A DNA stretch of 64,000 nt from Eledone cirrhosa. Taxonomy: Eukaryota. Below, piece by piece: positions 27,861 to 39,572 of the stretch. Numbering within the stretch: the stretch's first letter is position 1; each line of letters begins with the position of its first letter. The notes under the pieces were generated by a model, which saw nothing but the letters and a program-made list of their open reading frames with translations, did no database searches and was not told the origin of the DNA. The DNA lies in the NCBI GenBank assembly GCA_964016885.1, contig OZ024753.1:3658001-3722000 (forward strand), read 5' to 3'. The position numbers and the translations under genes are program-made.

Positions 27861-27967
27861 TTAAGGGCAGCTACTACAACGTCGCCATACCACGTTGAAC
27901 AAGTTGGTCCTCAATGCTAACGAAACATACGCATCTGGTATGTCACCGTTGTAGTAACTAGTCTTAA
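27861..27967. repeat. Degenerate inverted repeat, 32 bp arms
   Basis: TTAAGGGCAGCTACTACAACGTCGCCATACCA pairs with TGGTATGTCACCGTTGTAGTAACTAGTCTTAA. Confidence 0.75.
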
Positions 27968-28918
27968 CAATTATTGTGTATATATATAGACAGAGAGAGA
28001 GAGAGAATCTATTTATATGCCTAAATATATACACACATATATATATGCATGCATACACACACACACACAGATATGTATATATGATGTCTCCTACACTTTT
28101 ACTCCAGACATTTGTTGTATGTATGGGTGTATTTATTTGTTGTATGTATGTATACAAGTTGTAAATAACATATCAGTGTAATTTCTTTCGTTTAACCAGA
28201 ATGTTTCAGACATTATTAAAATATTAATGTATTATAAGAATAGTTATATTTCTGAGGTATATTTTTGAGGTTCATATAAATTTAAATAGATAAATGGAGA
28301 TTGGTAAATTTTCTAATAGCATTATGATTTTGGTGACAGAATCACAGCAGCAGTTCAAGAATTTAAAAAGAATCATGACCTGTTTAATATTAATCCTTTT
28401 ATTTAATATGCTACAGGACATTAATATTAGACTTGTTGAATGCACAAAAGATGCTCTTAGAAGCCATCCACTTTGTTGACCCACGCGTCAAGAAGAGTAG
28501 TACAAAATGGAAAAAACTTACATTTAAATATAACAGCAGACTTAATATTTAGAGCGTCGAGGAAAATACCTGCATTCAAATCTTTCTGACGTCAACTGTG
28601 CTTCCTTGTCGTTTCAAGGTCGATAAAATAAAATATCAGTGGAAGGGTGTGAATTGTCAGACTTATTGTGATGTCACAGCTATGTTGACCTTTGACTTTA
28701 CATAGGATAACATTGGTGACATCTGGCAAAACAACTTGGCCAGGATTTTGCCTCGGAGTAAAAGATACATTCCACGTCCAAACAAAATCAGTCTTGATGT
28801 ATCTAAATATATACATACTTATAAGCATAAGTACATACATGCATGCCACACACACACACTCATATATAAATATCGAATGTAAAAAAGTAACACACGAGTT
28901 GATATATATAAAATGAAA

Positions 28919-29189
28919 TAGAAAGCAAAAATATTTTTTCCGTAGAAAATGTTGAAGAGATTTTTTTCAGGGGGGAAAAAAAAAAAAATGTTCACATACA
29001 TGTTCATTCAGAGAAGTCATTTCTCTGCCCCTCCTACTCTGCTTATGGCTTGGTTGTGATTTTTTTCAGTGCGATATCAAAACATTAACTTATTTACAAT
29101 ACCGGTTTCTGCCAGAAGCAGAGTAGGACGGACAGAGAAATGACTTTATATATATATATATATGTATGTGAAAATTATTTTTTTTCTTC

Positions 29190-29233
<44 letters not shown>

Positions 29234-29276
29234 TTAACATTTTCTCCGGAAAGAATCATTTTCCTTTCTAATATTT

Positions 29277-29328
<52 letters not shown>

Positions 29329-29375
29329 TTAACATTTTCTCCGGAAAGAATCATTTTCCTTTCTAATATTTGTTT
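28919..29375. repeat. Three-segment inverted repeat whose right arm is interrupted by (TA)n and partly duplicated
   Basis: Core arms 29014-29049 and 29111-29146; outer segments also pair; the distal right segment occurs twice (about 29231 and about 29326). Confidence 0.75.
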
Positions 29376-29400
29376 ATATATATATATATATATATATATA

Positions 29401-29710
29401 AATGGCTACTAGAAAACTAGAACTGTTTCATTTGGGAGAAATCACCAGGAAGCCGACTGTCAATGTAATACGGTAGTACTTATACATTTTCTGGTGGTAG
29501 GGAGAGGGTGGTGATTGGGATGGGTGGAGCACATTGGTTGAGAGATTTAAAGAAAGGGGATTCTTTAAAAACTATTTTTAGAGAAATACAAAGGCAGAAA
29601 AACAGTTCTAGTCCTGTAGAAGCCATTTCTATATTAAGTATTTATACTCTGCTATGTATTGAGTACCTTACTTATTGTGGTTACTCCCGATTGAACCTGA
29701 GATAAACACA
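29401..29710 (+). mobile_element. Family B element with a long inverted arm and a truncated sense arm plus tail
   Basis: AATGGCTACTAGAAAACTAGAACTGTTT pairs with AAACAGTTCTAGTCCTGTAGAAGCCATT; mutated hammerhead (CUGGUGA) on the minus strand at about 29404-29454. Confidence 0.75.
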
Positions 29711-30377
29711 CACACATATATATATATATACATACTCATACGCTCCCACATACATATGAGCTATACCACCTTCACTTTCCTTCTCGCCTATATACTCTCA
29801 GTCATTGACAAATGCATCTCACGTATCAAGGAAAGAAAAAGTGATACTGAAACGTTCTCGTTTTTTATCAAATATGACCCTTTTTGCTATTTTCTTTGAC
29901 TTTTCTTTGTATCTGTCGTTACATTTTAAAAAAAATTCTATCTATAAAATTTGTTTCTTGTGTTTTTTTCTTTTATTACTGTTTCATGTCGAACTTCATT
30001 TTGTCGATGTAATCTTCAAGGAATATCAATGTATAAGGAGGATGAAGAAAAATCAAGACCATTAGAATATCGAGAAAATATTGGGAAGGTGCCGAAAATA
30101 CCTATCTCTAAAAATCGTAGAAAAAAGTTAACAGTACCACATATATACACACACACTGAATTAGAATTATATACACGCTGATACATGTTCACATATACCC
30201 ATACCCCTACACACAGTCACATGAGAGAAACACTTATGTAAGTTAGTAAAGATATATACTGTCCTACAACATGCTTATTGATGCAGAACATTTACAATGA
30301 AACACATACTGACAAAGACAGACATATATATATACTAAAACAATCGCTGACACACACACACAGACACACAATCACAT

Positions 30378-30379
<2 letters not shown>

Positions 30380-30416
<37 letters not shown>

Positions 30417-30451
30417 TATTGAACAATATATATATATATATTTCTATATTA

Positions 30452-30499
<48 letters not shown>

Positions 30500-30507
30500 C
30501 TATATTA

Positions 30508-30547
<40 letters not shown>

Positions 30548-30555
30548 CTATATTA

Positions 30556-30597
<42 letters not shown>

Positions 30598-30605
30598 CTA
30601 TATTA

Positions 30606-30641
<36 letters not shown>

Positions 30642-30687
30642 CTATATTAAACAATATATATATATATATATATATATTTCTATATTA

Positions 30688-30723
<36 letters not shown>

Positions 30724-30731
30724 CTATATTA

Positions 30732-30781
<50 letters not shown>

Positions 30782-30789
30782 CTATATTA

Positions 30790-30841
<52 letters not shown>

Positions 30842-30962
30842 CTATATTACACAATATATATATATATATATATATATTTCTATATTAAACAATATATATA
30901 TATATATATTTCTATATTAAACAATATATATATATATTTCTATATTAAACAATATATATATA
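30380..30962. repeat. Compound minisatellite [TTTCTATATTAAACAA(TA)n], about 13 units
   Basis: Fixed 16 nt unit separated by variable TA runs. Confidence 0.9.
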
Positions 30963-30968
30963 CATATA

Positions 30969-31035
30969 TGAGTGCTTTTATATCAGTTATAAATATTTAC
31001 TCGTTGTTAACCCAACAATTTAAATATAACTTTCC

Positions 31036-31036
<1 letters not shown>
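30969..31036 (+). mobile_element. Family E tail fragment
   Basis: GAGTGCTTTTATATCAGTTATAAATATTTACTCGTTG matches 36316-36380. Confidence 0.7.
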
Positions 31037-31097
<61 letters not shown>

Positions 31098-31102
<5 letters not shown>

Positions 31103-31290
31103 GTTATACTTGGGGAGGGTCATATTTGTGTAATATTGCCAGAGCTAATAACAGAACACACTCACTGATTGTTGGTTTTCGCTTTTCGCTTCTGTGTCTT
31201 TTATATCGGTAATCTAATGTATTCGGTCCTCAATGTTGCCATTGACTGACCAACGGTCAAAAATAATACAGTTACAATATAGACACAAAC
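31098..31290 (-). mobile_element. Family D tail-less arm
   Basis: Matches 35103-35300 and 60804-60995; begins directly at (TA)n. Confidence 0.8.
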
Positions 31291-31519
31291 TCATATATAC
31301 TCTGGTACAAACACTACACTTGTGACAATTATTGACACATAGTGCTGGGCCCATGGTGCCATGTGACGACAAGTGCAGAGAGATCTCCAGATATAAAGCA
31401 ATGCCTATGCCGTGAAGCTTTTATAGTGAGCAAAGGCACTGCACGAAGCCAGTCCCACTCTCTTAACGAAGATGATATGTACCAAAAAGAAGAACAAGTC
31501 AACATCATTGGATACTATC

Positions 31520-31585
31520 AGGTCTGCAGGTGTTATATCAGAGTTTTCCTTCTCCTAGAATTCTGCCTTGACAAAGGTTAAGGGG
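31520..31585 (-). mobile_element. RTE 5'-UTR-like / Ceph-domain-like fragment
   Basis: Minus strand CCTTTGTCAAGGCAGAATTCTAGGAGAAGGAAAACTCTGA resembles the GGCAACCxGTCTAGGAGAAGGAAAACTCTGA motif of RTE 5' regions. Confidence 0.5.
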
Positions 31586-31754
31586 TCATCTCTCATCATA
31601 CATATATATACACATACATATATATATGTATATATATATATGTACATACATATATATTTCTATATTAAACAATACATATATATATATATATATATATATT
31701 TCTATAGGAAGCAAAATATATATATATATATATTTCTATAGGAAGCAAAATATA

Positions 31755-31797
<43 letters not shown>

Positions 31798-31922
31798 GTA
31801 TATATATAGTTGTTATATAGTAACGTGCATTACTGGTTGTGTAAAATTGTCCAATAAATTTATTCCACTCAAGGGAACAGCTAGATGATGTACAACGGAG
31901 TGGAACTACCCAGGTCGATAGC

Positions 31923-32367
31923 AAAAAATGTAACTGCAGAAGCATCGCCACCTACCCGATGGCTGGTAAATGCCTTACCAAACATAGTCTACGACTGTAA
32001 GGTCTCCACTCCTGATAGAACCTTTAGGAATTTAAGGTTAGATGTTATAATCACCGTCATACCTTTAATAGATTAGATTAAACAAAATAGCACGGCACTT
32101 TCAGAATTAGTCTGGAAGCTTAAACATCAGAATATAGAGCACTCCTTATCCTGGTTCACAGTTTGCTCAGCCCAACCTTATTACGGCAGCACTGGCGTCT
32201 GCAATTTATGTATAGCTGAAACCTTTAATATTATTAGAGGCGGCCCCCTATTAATTAATAGGAGAGCTGATTTTTTCAGCAACTGCCAACATAGAACCTC
32301 GAAAACCTTCGGCAGGATTTTGGAAGGTAACCTACCACTAACTCCTCCCTCTTTACTTTATCCATAA
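31923..32367 (+). pseudogene. Penelope-like element GIY-YIG endonuclease C-terminal remnant (Neptune-like Cys motif)
   Basis: Across frameshifts: KKCNCRSIATYPMAGKCLT / NIVYDCKVSTPD / EFKVRCYNHRHTF / NSTALSELVWKLK...SW...AQPY...CNLCIAE...LINRRADFFSNCQH; the YIG segment is deleted. Confidence 0.85.
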
Positions 32368-32683
32368 GCTTCTCTCAATAAACAGACAGTCACACACTAA
32401 GGTAGTTAGACGACTAAGATTGTTTGCGCACTTATAAACGATACTCGGCCTGTTTCTACGGAGTTCTCACTGCTGAGTGCACTTTTTTAGAATACCCAGC
32501 TAGTAAATAGTTAGATTGATTACACACTTAGAATACCTAGTTAGTAATTGATTGCACACTCAGGCATGACCGATTACGCGCACCTACCTTTACTTTAAGA
32601 TACCCTAACCATTGAGTTCTCTCAGTTGGGATATAACTACTCGTATTACACACTTAGTTTTTATTCATTATTTTTATTAATTT

Positions 32684-32720
<37 letters not shown>

Positions 32721-32767
32721 CAATGCACATATATATATATATCTACAGTTGACATTGCACTCAGTGC

Positions 32768-32907
32768 ACCTGTGGGAGCCCCTACACGGACACACTGGAA
32801 GAGGAAGACCAAGGTTAACGTATGTTGATGCCCTATGGACAGACACTGGTCTGTTGGAGACGCAGGACATGGCAGCGATAATGAGGGACAGAGATCGCTG
32901 GAGATCT
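32768..32907 (+). pseudogene. RTE-clade LINE ORF C-terminal fragment
   Basis: LWEPLHGHTGRGRPRLTYVDALWTDTGLLETQDMAAIMRDRDRWR is the typical RTE C-terminus (RGRP...D...DR..WR). Confidence 0.8.
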
Positions 32908-34020
32908 TTATATATATATGTACATAACTGTCTGTCACTCTGTCTGACAATATAACAATAGAGATAAAGGATCTTAGAACATCTTATATTCTATACATTC
33001 TAACATTAGTACTCATAAAGCCACTCATAGTAACTGAAGAGAAATATGAGAAATTATATTTTATACGATTGAATTATCGAAAATATTATAAGTAATATAT
33101 TTCTTTGGTATCATATATTGCAGACTTTAATCTATTTCATGATTCCATTTAATACACAGCACGCATTATTTTATTCTGACTGACACTGAAGAGAGTCTCT
33201 GTCCTGTGCTGCAGTATTTCACTCGACCAGACTTCATCTTAATCCGTCTTTCTATCCCCTTGTCGGTCTGCTGCGGTGAATTACTTTACCGCAGCAGACG
33301 TCATACTAATCCGACTCATAATTCCTTTTAATATACAACAGACACAATTTTCTTTTATAAGATATTGAAAAGACTTTCTTTTTCCAAAACTATAGTAACT
33401 CACATTAACCGTATGTCGCCTTAAACCAATACATTTGAAATGGGTTTCAAGTGAATATATTACCTTACTATCGGTGCTGTATAATTATTAGGATAAACTT
33501 TAATATTCTTGTGAAACCTACAGAATTAAATAAATGTGTGACATAATTTAAAAGAAATATAAAAAGTTAACTACATCATCTTTAAGTAAGGTCTATGGAA
33601 ATTGCTGAAATACACTGTCTCTTCTTATTCAGTTGTTCTTACTGCTCAAACGAGTACATATATAGCCGGCTTCTTATATAGTTGAATTTCAAAGAAGGAT
33701 GTTTCGATGTGTGGCTTTTATTTTATGATACAGTCACCGTTATATCACGTCGCCATCTTTCCGGTGACTGGAGGCAGTGTTGTGAACTTAAAACATAGAG
33801 AACCAGAACAGATGCTGATACCAATGCCACTAATCTATCGCCAATGACTTGCAATTTATTTATTGGACATAGAAAGACGATTAACAAAATTGAGGTCGAC
33901 AAAATTTTGATTCAGAACCCAGATAGCTGGATCAAATACCACAAGACATCTGACAATTTTCTCAATTCCCAATATATATAAATATAAATATATATAAATA
34001 TATATAAATATATATATATA

Positions 34021-34330
34021 TTTCGTTTCTGAATTAGTTTAGCAAGATTCTTTATCTGAAAACGTGTGTTGAAACCGATATTGTTATACTTTGGGAGGGT
34101 CATGTTGCCAATAAGAAACACACGCACCAGTTACTTTCACTTCAATTTATTATAATAAATTTATAAATTTAGGAATTTATAAATTTCCGGTTGGTTGGTT
34201 GGCTCCACAACCAGATGGTTGTTTATATATTGTCAAAGTTCTTTCGTCACACATTCTGTGACCTCTTCAGTGACTGAGGGTTCTTTTCTTTGTTTTTTGT
34301 GCCTTTCCTTTGTTCTGTCTTACGCCATCT
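34021..34330 (-). mobile_element. Penelope-like terminal fragment, family D, with tail and hammerhead
   Basis: Homologous to the 17558 and 2745 copies; between TA arrays. Confidence 0.8.
34232..34274 (-). ncRNA. Minimal type I hammerhead ribozyme motif
   Basis: Minus strand gtca-CUGAAGA-g-gtcaca/gaatg/tgtgac-GAAA-g-aa-c-UU-tgac; all three stems and the core are present. Confidence 0.75.
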
Positions 34331-34637
34331 TATATAAATATAAATATATATAAATATAGATATATAGATATAAATATATATATATATAAATATATAAATA
34401 TAAATATATATAAATATAGATATATAGATATAAATATATATATATATAAATATATAAATATAAATATATATAAATATATATATATAAATATAAATATATA
34501 TATATATAAATATATAAATATAAATATATATATATATAAATATATAAATATAAATATATATAAATATATATATATAAATATATATAAATATATATAAATA
34601 TATAAATATAAATATATATATATAAATATATAAATAT

Positions 34638-34688
<51 letters not shown>

Positions 34689-34703
34689 AATATATATATA
34701 TAA

Positions 34704-34736
<33 letters not shown>

Positions 34737-34745
34737 AATATAAAT

Positions 34746-34784
<39 letters not shown>

Positions 34785-34988
34785 AATATATAAATATATA
34801 TATATAAATATATATAAATATATATATAAATATATATATAAATATATATATAAATATATATATATAAATATATATATATAAATATATATATATAAATATA
34901 TATATATAAATATATATATATAAATATATATAAATATATATAAATATATATATATATATAAATATATATATATAAATATATATATATA

Positions 34989-35026
<38 letters not shown>

Positions 35027-35101
35027 AATATATATATATATAAATATATAAATATAAATATATATATATAAATATATATATATAAATATATATATATATA
35101 A
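34331..35101. repeat. (TA)n/(TAAA) array
   Basis: Continuous A-biased TA array. Confidence 0.95.
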
Positions 35102-35812
35102 ATATTGTTATATTTGGGGAGGGTCATATTTGCGTAATATTGCCAGAATTAATAACAGAACACACTCACTGTTTGGTTGGTTTTCGCTTCTCGCTGTCTT
35201 TTATATATATATATCTGCGATCTAACTTACTCGGTCCTCAATGTTGCCATTGACTGACCGGCGGTCAAAAATAATACAGATACAATATAGACAAACACAT
35301 ATATATATAGTTTACATAAATCTTTCGTTGCACATCTGCAACATCGTCAGTGGTGTTATATTCATTGTTCCTCCTGTTGTGTTGTATGTCTACGCCATTT
35401 TTTTTTTGTTCAGTCCGTCTATATATTTATTTATTTATAAATAAATATATAGACGGACTGAACAAAAAAAAAATGGCGTAGACATACAACACAACAGGAG
35501 GAACAATGAATATAACACCACTGACGATGTTGCAGATGTGCAACGAAAGATTTATGTAAACTATATATATATGTGTTTGTCTATATTGTATCTGTATTAT
35601 TTTTGACCGCCGGTCAGTCAATGGCAACATTGAGGACCGAGTAAGTTAGATCGCAGATATATATATATAAAAGACAGCGAGAAGCGAAAACCAACCAAAC
35701 AGTGAGTGTGTTCTGTTATTAATTCTGGCAATATTACGCAAATATGACCCTCCCCAAATATAACAATATCTGTTTCGACACACGATTTCATATAAAAAAC
35801 CTCGCAAAACTA
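35102..35812 (+). mobile_element. Family D fold-back element: palindrome with arms of about 330 bp plus a tail of about 43 bp
   Basis: 35102-35769 is symmetric about 35435.5 (mirror ORFs in the track); tail CTGTTTCGACACACGATTTCATATAAAAAACCTCGCAAAAC is related to the 34021 and 17558 tails. Confidence 0.9.
35517..35558 (+). ncRNA. Hammerhead motif (mirror copy on minus strand at 35313-35354)
   Basis: ca-CUGACGA-t-gttgca/gatg/tgcaac-GAAA-gatt-UA-tg; stem I only about 2 bp. Confidence 0.55.
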
Positions 35813-35839
35813 TATATAAATACATATATATATAAATAC

Positions 35840-35910
<71 letters not shown>

Positions 35911-36049
35911 TATATATAAATATATAAATATATATATATAAATATATATATATAAATATATATATAAATATATAAATATATATATATATAAATATATATA
36001 AATATATATATATAAATATATATAAATATATATAAATATATATATATAA

Positions 36050-36092
<43 letters not shown>

Positions 36093-36106
36093 TATATAAA
36101 TATATA
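35813..36106. repeat. (TA)n/(TAAA) array
   Basis: A-biased TA array in the same orientation as 34331-35101. Confidence 0.95.
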
Positions 36107-36379
36107 TAAATTAGGAAGCTTCCTAATTTAATGGTCGCGTATAATATGGTACGTCAAAATTAATTATAAAACTGTTTATATATTGTATTTTATCTGACGA
36201 AGGCATGCCATATTTTTAATATGGTATCCCTGAAATATGTATAATGAAATAAATATGGTTTTATAAATATAGTTTCTATTTGTTTAATATCGTATATATA
36301 CTCCAAAAACTTGTCGAGTGCTTTATATCAGTTATAAAATATTTACTTGTTGTAACCCAACAATTTTAAATAAAACCTT

Positions 36380-36383
<4 letters not shown>
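36107..36383 (+). mobile_element. Family E Penelope-like end with a 24 bp terminal palindrome
   Basis: TAAATTAGGAAGCTTCCTAATTTA at the 5' junction, then hammerhead motif and TACTCC...GAGTGC tail. Confidence 0.75.
36189..36245 (+). ncRNA. Hammerhead motif with long stem II
   Basis: tta-t-CUGACGA-aggcatgccatatt/ttt/aatatggtatccct-GAAA-tatg-UA-taa. Confidence 0.6.
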
Positions 36384-36427
<44 letters not shown>

Positions 36428-37175
36428 TAAATATATATATAAATAATCCTTACCGAGACCCCTTCGGATTTAATTCTTCATTATTATTTTCCTCTCTTCC
36501 GGTCACAGAAGATGGATTAGAACTGTCAACGGTTTAATCCATTTTAACATTCCTTTAACACACAATTCCTCATTCTTTAAAGCGTAATATTAGACAACAT
36601 GTCTATTAGAAACTGATCTATTTCACCAGAGCAGATGAAATCTTAATCTGTCTTTGATTCCACTTCCATACAATGCTTCCTGTTCTAATCCTCGATAAAG
36701 AAAGACACTTTGCACTGCTGATCCTACATTAGTGGAAGTTATTGTATTTATTCTGTGTTATAGTCATAACAGGCATATAATTGTGCTTGAGGTGTACAGC
36801 AATTGTTGAACTTTTGTTCCGCTAGGGAAATGACTTAGAATTGCCTATTTTCAATGTTGCTGCTATTGATGGCTTCAAACAATTTACTTGCTTTATCAGA
36901 CAAGAATTATCTTCTTGATTAGTTATCTTTTAAGGTATCTATCAATGTTTAACTCAGTGATATAGAGGCCATTGCTATAGAATAAGTATTATTCTTCTGA
37001 TGAGCAGAATCACGAAAATACTTTCATTTATGAGAAACTATATCATTTAATGTACATCATCCATGAACTCAGGAATTGTATGGAATTCACAACATCAAAC
37101 ATTTTAATATATAAATATAGGATTTTTTACCTGGATAAAATTAACTAATATTACATTACATTACATTAGTGCGTT

Positions 37176-37354
37176 GGATTGGCAGTATCGGTAGAATATC
37201 AGAATCCATGCTTTGCAGCATAGAGTTACACCCCTTTACAGTCTGAGTTTAAATCCCTGTGAGGTTAATTCTGCCTTTCATCCTTACGGTGTTGAGAAAA
37301 TAAAGTACCAGTAATGCACTGGTGTAATTGACCCTGTGCCAAAAGTAGAAAATC
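37176..37354 (+). mobile_element. SINE-A (short subtype)
   Basis: Full-length match. Confidence 0.8.
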
Positions 37355-38550
37355 ACATTAAGAGATGTAGAGGGCAGTGGATTAGTCGAATATTTAGAGA
37401 CACTGCCAAACCTCTGAGGTATTAGCCTGATTGAATGAAGTATCACTCAAACAGGAGATTGATTTTATCGATGTGCTTTTCCCAAGTCGGGCTAATATTT
37501 AAAGTAGGAGAAATTGTTTGGTTTTCTTTCTCCCTTTCTTTTAAACCCATTAAATATAACCTTTGTCATTTGATCCGTGTCGTGCTGTAGGAATAATTAT
37601 ACATCTTGTCACATATACTGTTGATTTGACTTTTGCTCTTTCTATGGATTTAACTTTTATAGCGAGGTTAATGACGCCATTACGAAGGAATCTTTAACAA
37701 ACATACTCAAACACACTCACACACAAATGCACATATATATATATATATAATAAATTCTACCTACAGGTGACAGAAAATTATCGATATGTAAATCACAACA
37801 TTTCAAAATATCTATTCAATACTATATGAACTATGTTACCTTAATTTTACGAAACATTTAAACATAGCTATTATATATATTTATAAATGTTAAAACTAAT
37901 ACATCTTCATCTTTGACTATATGAAACTTCAAACATAGCTACCTTAGCTTTCTCTTCCATAGCTAATATAAAATGTGCATATTGCTTAAAACAAATAACC
38001 ATTACCTACAAAAGTAAGTATTTTAACGACATAAGTATTTTTTTCTTTTTATCTATATAATTATGAAAAACGACCCTTAGCTTAGACTGACTCTTAGCTA
38101 CAAATGGAATTGGCTAATTTGAATTTCAAATGAATTTTATAGTTTTAACTGAAATACACTTGCCGAATACATGATCATATGTTGGTAATAGGAATGGTTC
38201 ATTGTTCATTGATTCATCTTTCACTCCCCTGCCTCAGTCACTCATCACGCACACCTTCCTTCCTTTATTATATATTCATTCGCTCAAAGCGTTCATTTAA
38301 CACAAATATTTGCCGCCTTCTATACATTCTACGACGCACCTCGTCTCACATATACATTTCCCCGGCTACAATCCTGTTGCTTTTTTCCGTTTCACTGTTA
38401 TATTCTCTCCTCTTTAATTATTTAAATGATTCTGTGATACATATTCATTTATATATTCAAAATACTGCCTCCCGCCTTCCAGCGAGGAAAAACTTTATGA
38501 TGAATAACGTCTTTACTTTTGTTGTAGTAGTTGTTATCATTATTATTAAA

Positions 38551-38745
38551 GGGCGGTGGATTGGCAGTATCGGTGGAGGGTCGGACGCCATGCTTTCCAG
38601 CATAGTTACGTCCCTTTACGATCTGAGTTCAAATCCCGCCGAGGTTGACCTTGCCTTTCATCCTTACGGGGTCAATAAAATAAAGTACCAGTAATGCACT
38701 GGGTAATTGCTGGCCTTGTGCCTAAAGTAGAAACAATTATTATTA
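38551..38745 (+). mobile_element. SINE-A (short subtype, near-consensus)
   Basis: Almost identical to the 51046-51226 copy. Confidence 0.9.
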
Positions 38746-38746
38746 T

Positions 38747-38875
38747 TGAGTTCAATTCTCGCCAATGTTAGCATTGCCTTTCATCCTTACGTTGTCGATA
38801 AAATAAAGTACCAGTAATGCACTAGGGTCGATTTAATCGACTTTCCCCATTCCTCCAAAATTGTTGACCTTGTGC
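38747..38875 (+). mobile_element. 5'-truncated SINE-A (long subtype)
   Basis: Has the extra GGTCGATTTAATCGACT segment. Confidence 0.8.
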
Positions 38876-38971
38876 ACGTTCTGCACCTTGTTGACGTTCT
38901 ACACCGCCAATTCGCCGCTATATATATGTATATACATAGCTGCAAATATATATATATATATATATATAGAT

Positions 38972-39045
38972 ATACGGTTCTTATATATCTGATATATATG
39001 TGTCCTTATCGAGTCCTCTTTGGATTTTAGTCTTCAAATGTATTA
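38972..39045 (+). mobile_element. Family F tail fragment
   Basis: Matches the reverse complement of 5608-5676. Confidence 0.7.
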
Positions 39046-39380
39046 TTATTACTATATATATATATATATATTTATATACATACATAGCGTCGAATATATA
39101 TATATATATAAAAGCAATTTTAATAATATTATATATTTATTGGAAAATCAAGTGCTTGACATTTTAGAATCTGGCTTTTTCAAATGATTTATAGTATTTA
39201 TCCTTTTCAGAGAAGAGTGCGAAAGAAAGAAAGAAAAAAAACACAAGAAAGAAAGAATATAACAAAGAAAGAAAGAAGTAGAGGAAGATACTAAAAGAAA
39301 TTTCAGCTTAGTTCTTTTAACATCTGTACCGAAGCGTAGTGTAGTCAAATTATATATTTTTTTCAAAAGAAACCGAAGTA

Positions 39381-39572
39381 ATGGTAGAATTAATAGAGCA
39401 TCACTCGGAATGCTACACTGTATTTTAGTGCTTTATGAGTTTAAATCCCGTCCGTATGAACTTTATCCCCTCATCATTCGTGTGTCGATAAAATGAAATA
39501 CTAGTCATGTACTGTAGTAAATTTAATCGACTTTTTTTCTGTCCAGATTGCCGGCCTTGTGCCTAAATTAGA
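39381..39572 (+). mobile_element. Degenerate SINE-A (long subtype)
   Basis: GAGTTTAAATCCCG...GTCGATAAAATGAAATACTAG...GGCCTTGTGCCTAAATTAGA. Confidence 0.7.

Noticed and set aside
30380-30962. Repeat-spacer pattern resembling a CRISPR array
   Set aside because: Spacers are only TA runs of varying length, there are no cas genes, and the context is eukaryotic
35241-35630. Pair of nearly identical 67 aa ORFs on opposite strands
   Set aside because: A consequence of the palindrome within a non-coding element end
36995-37030. CTGATGA...GAAA motif
   Set aside because: Stems I and II do not pair; likely chance
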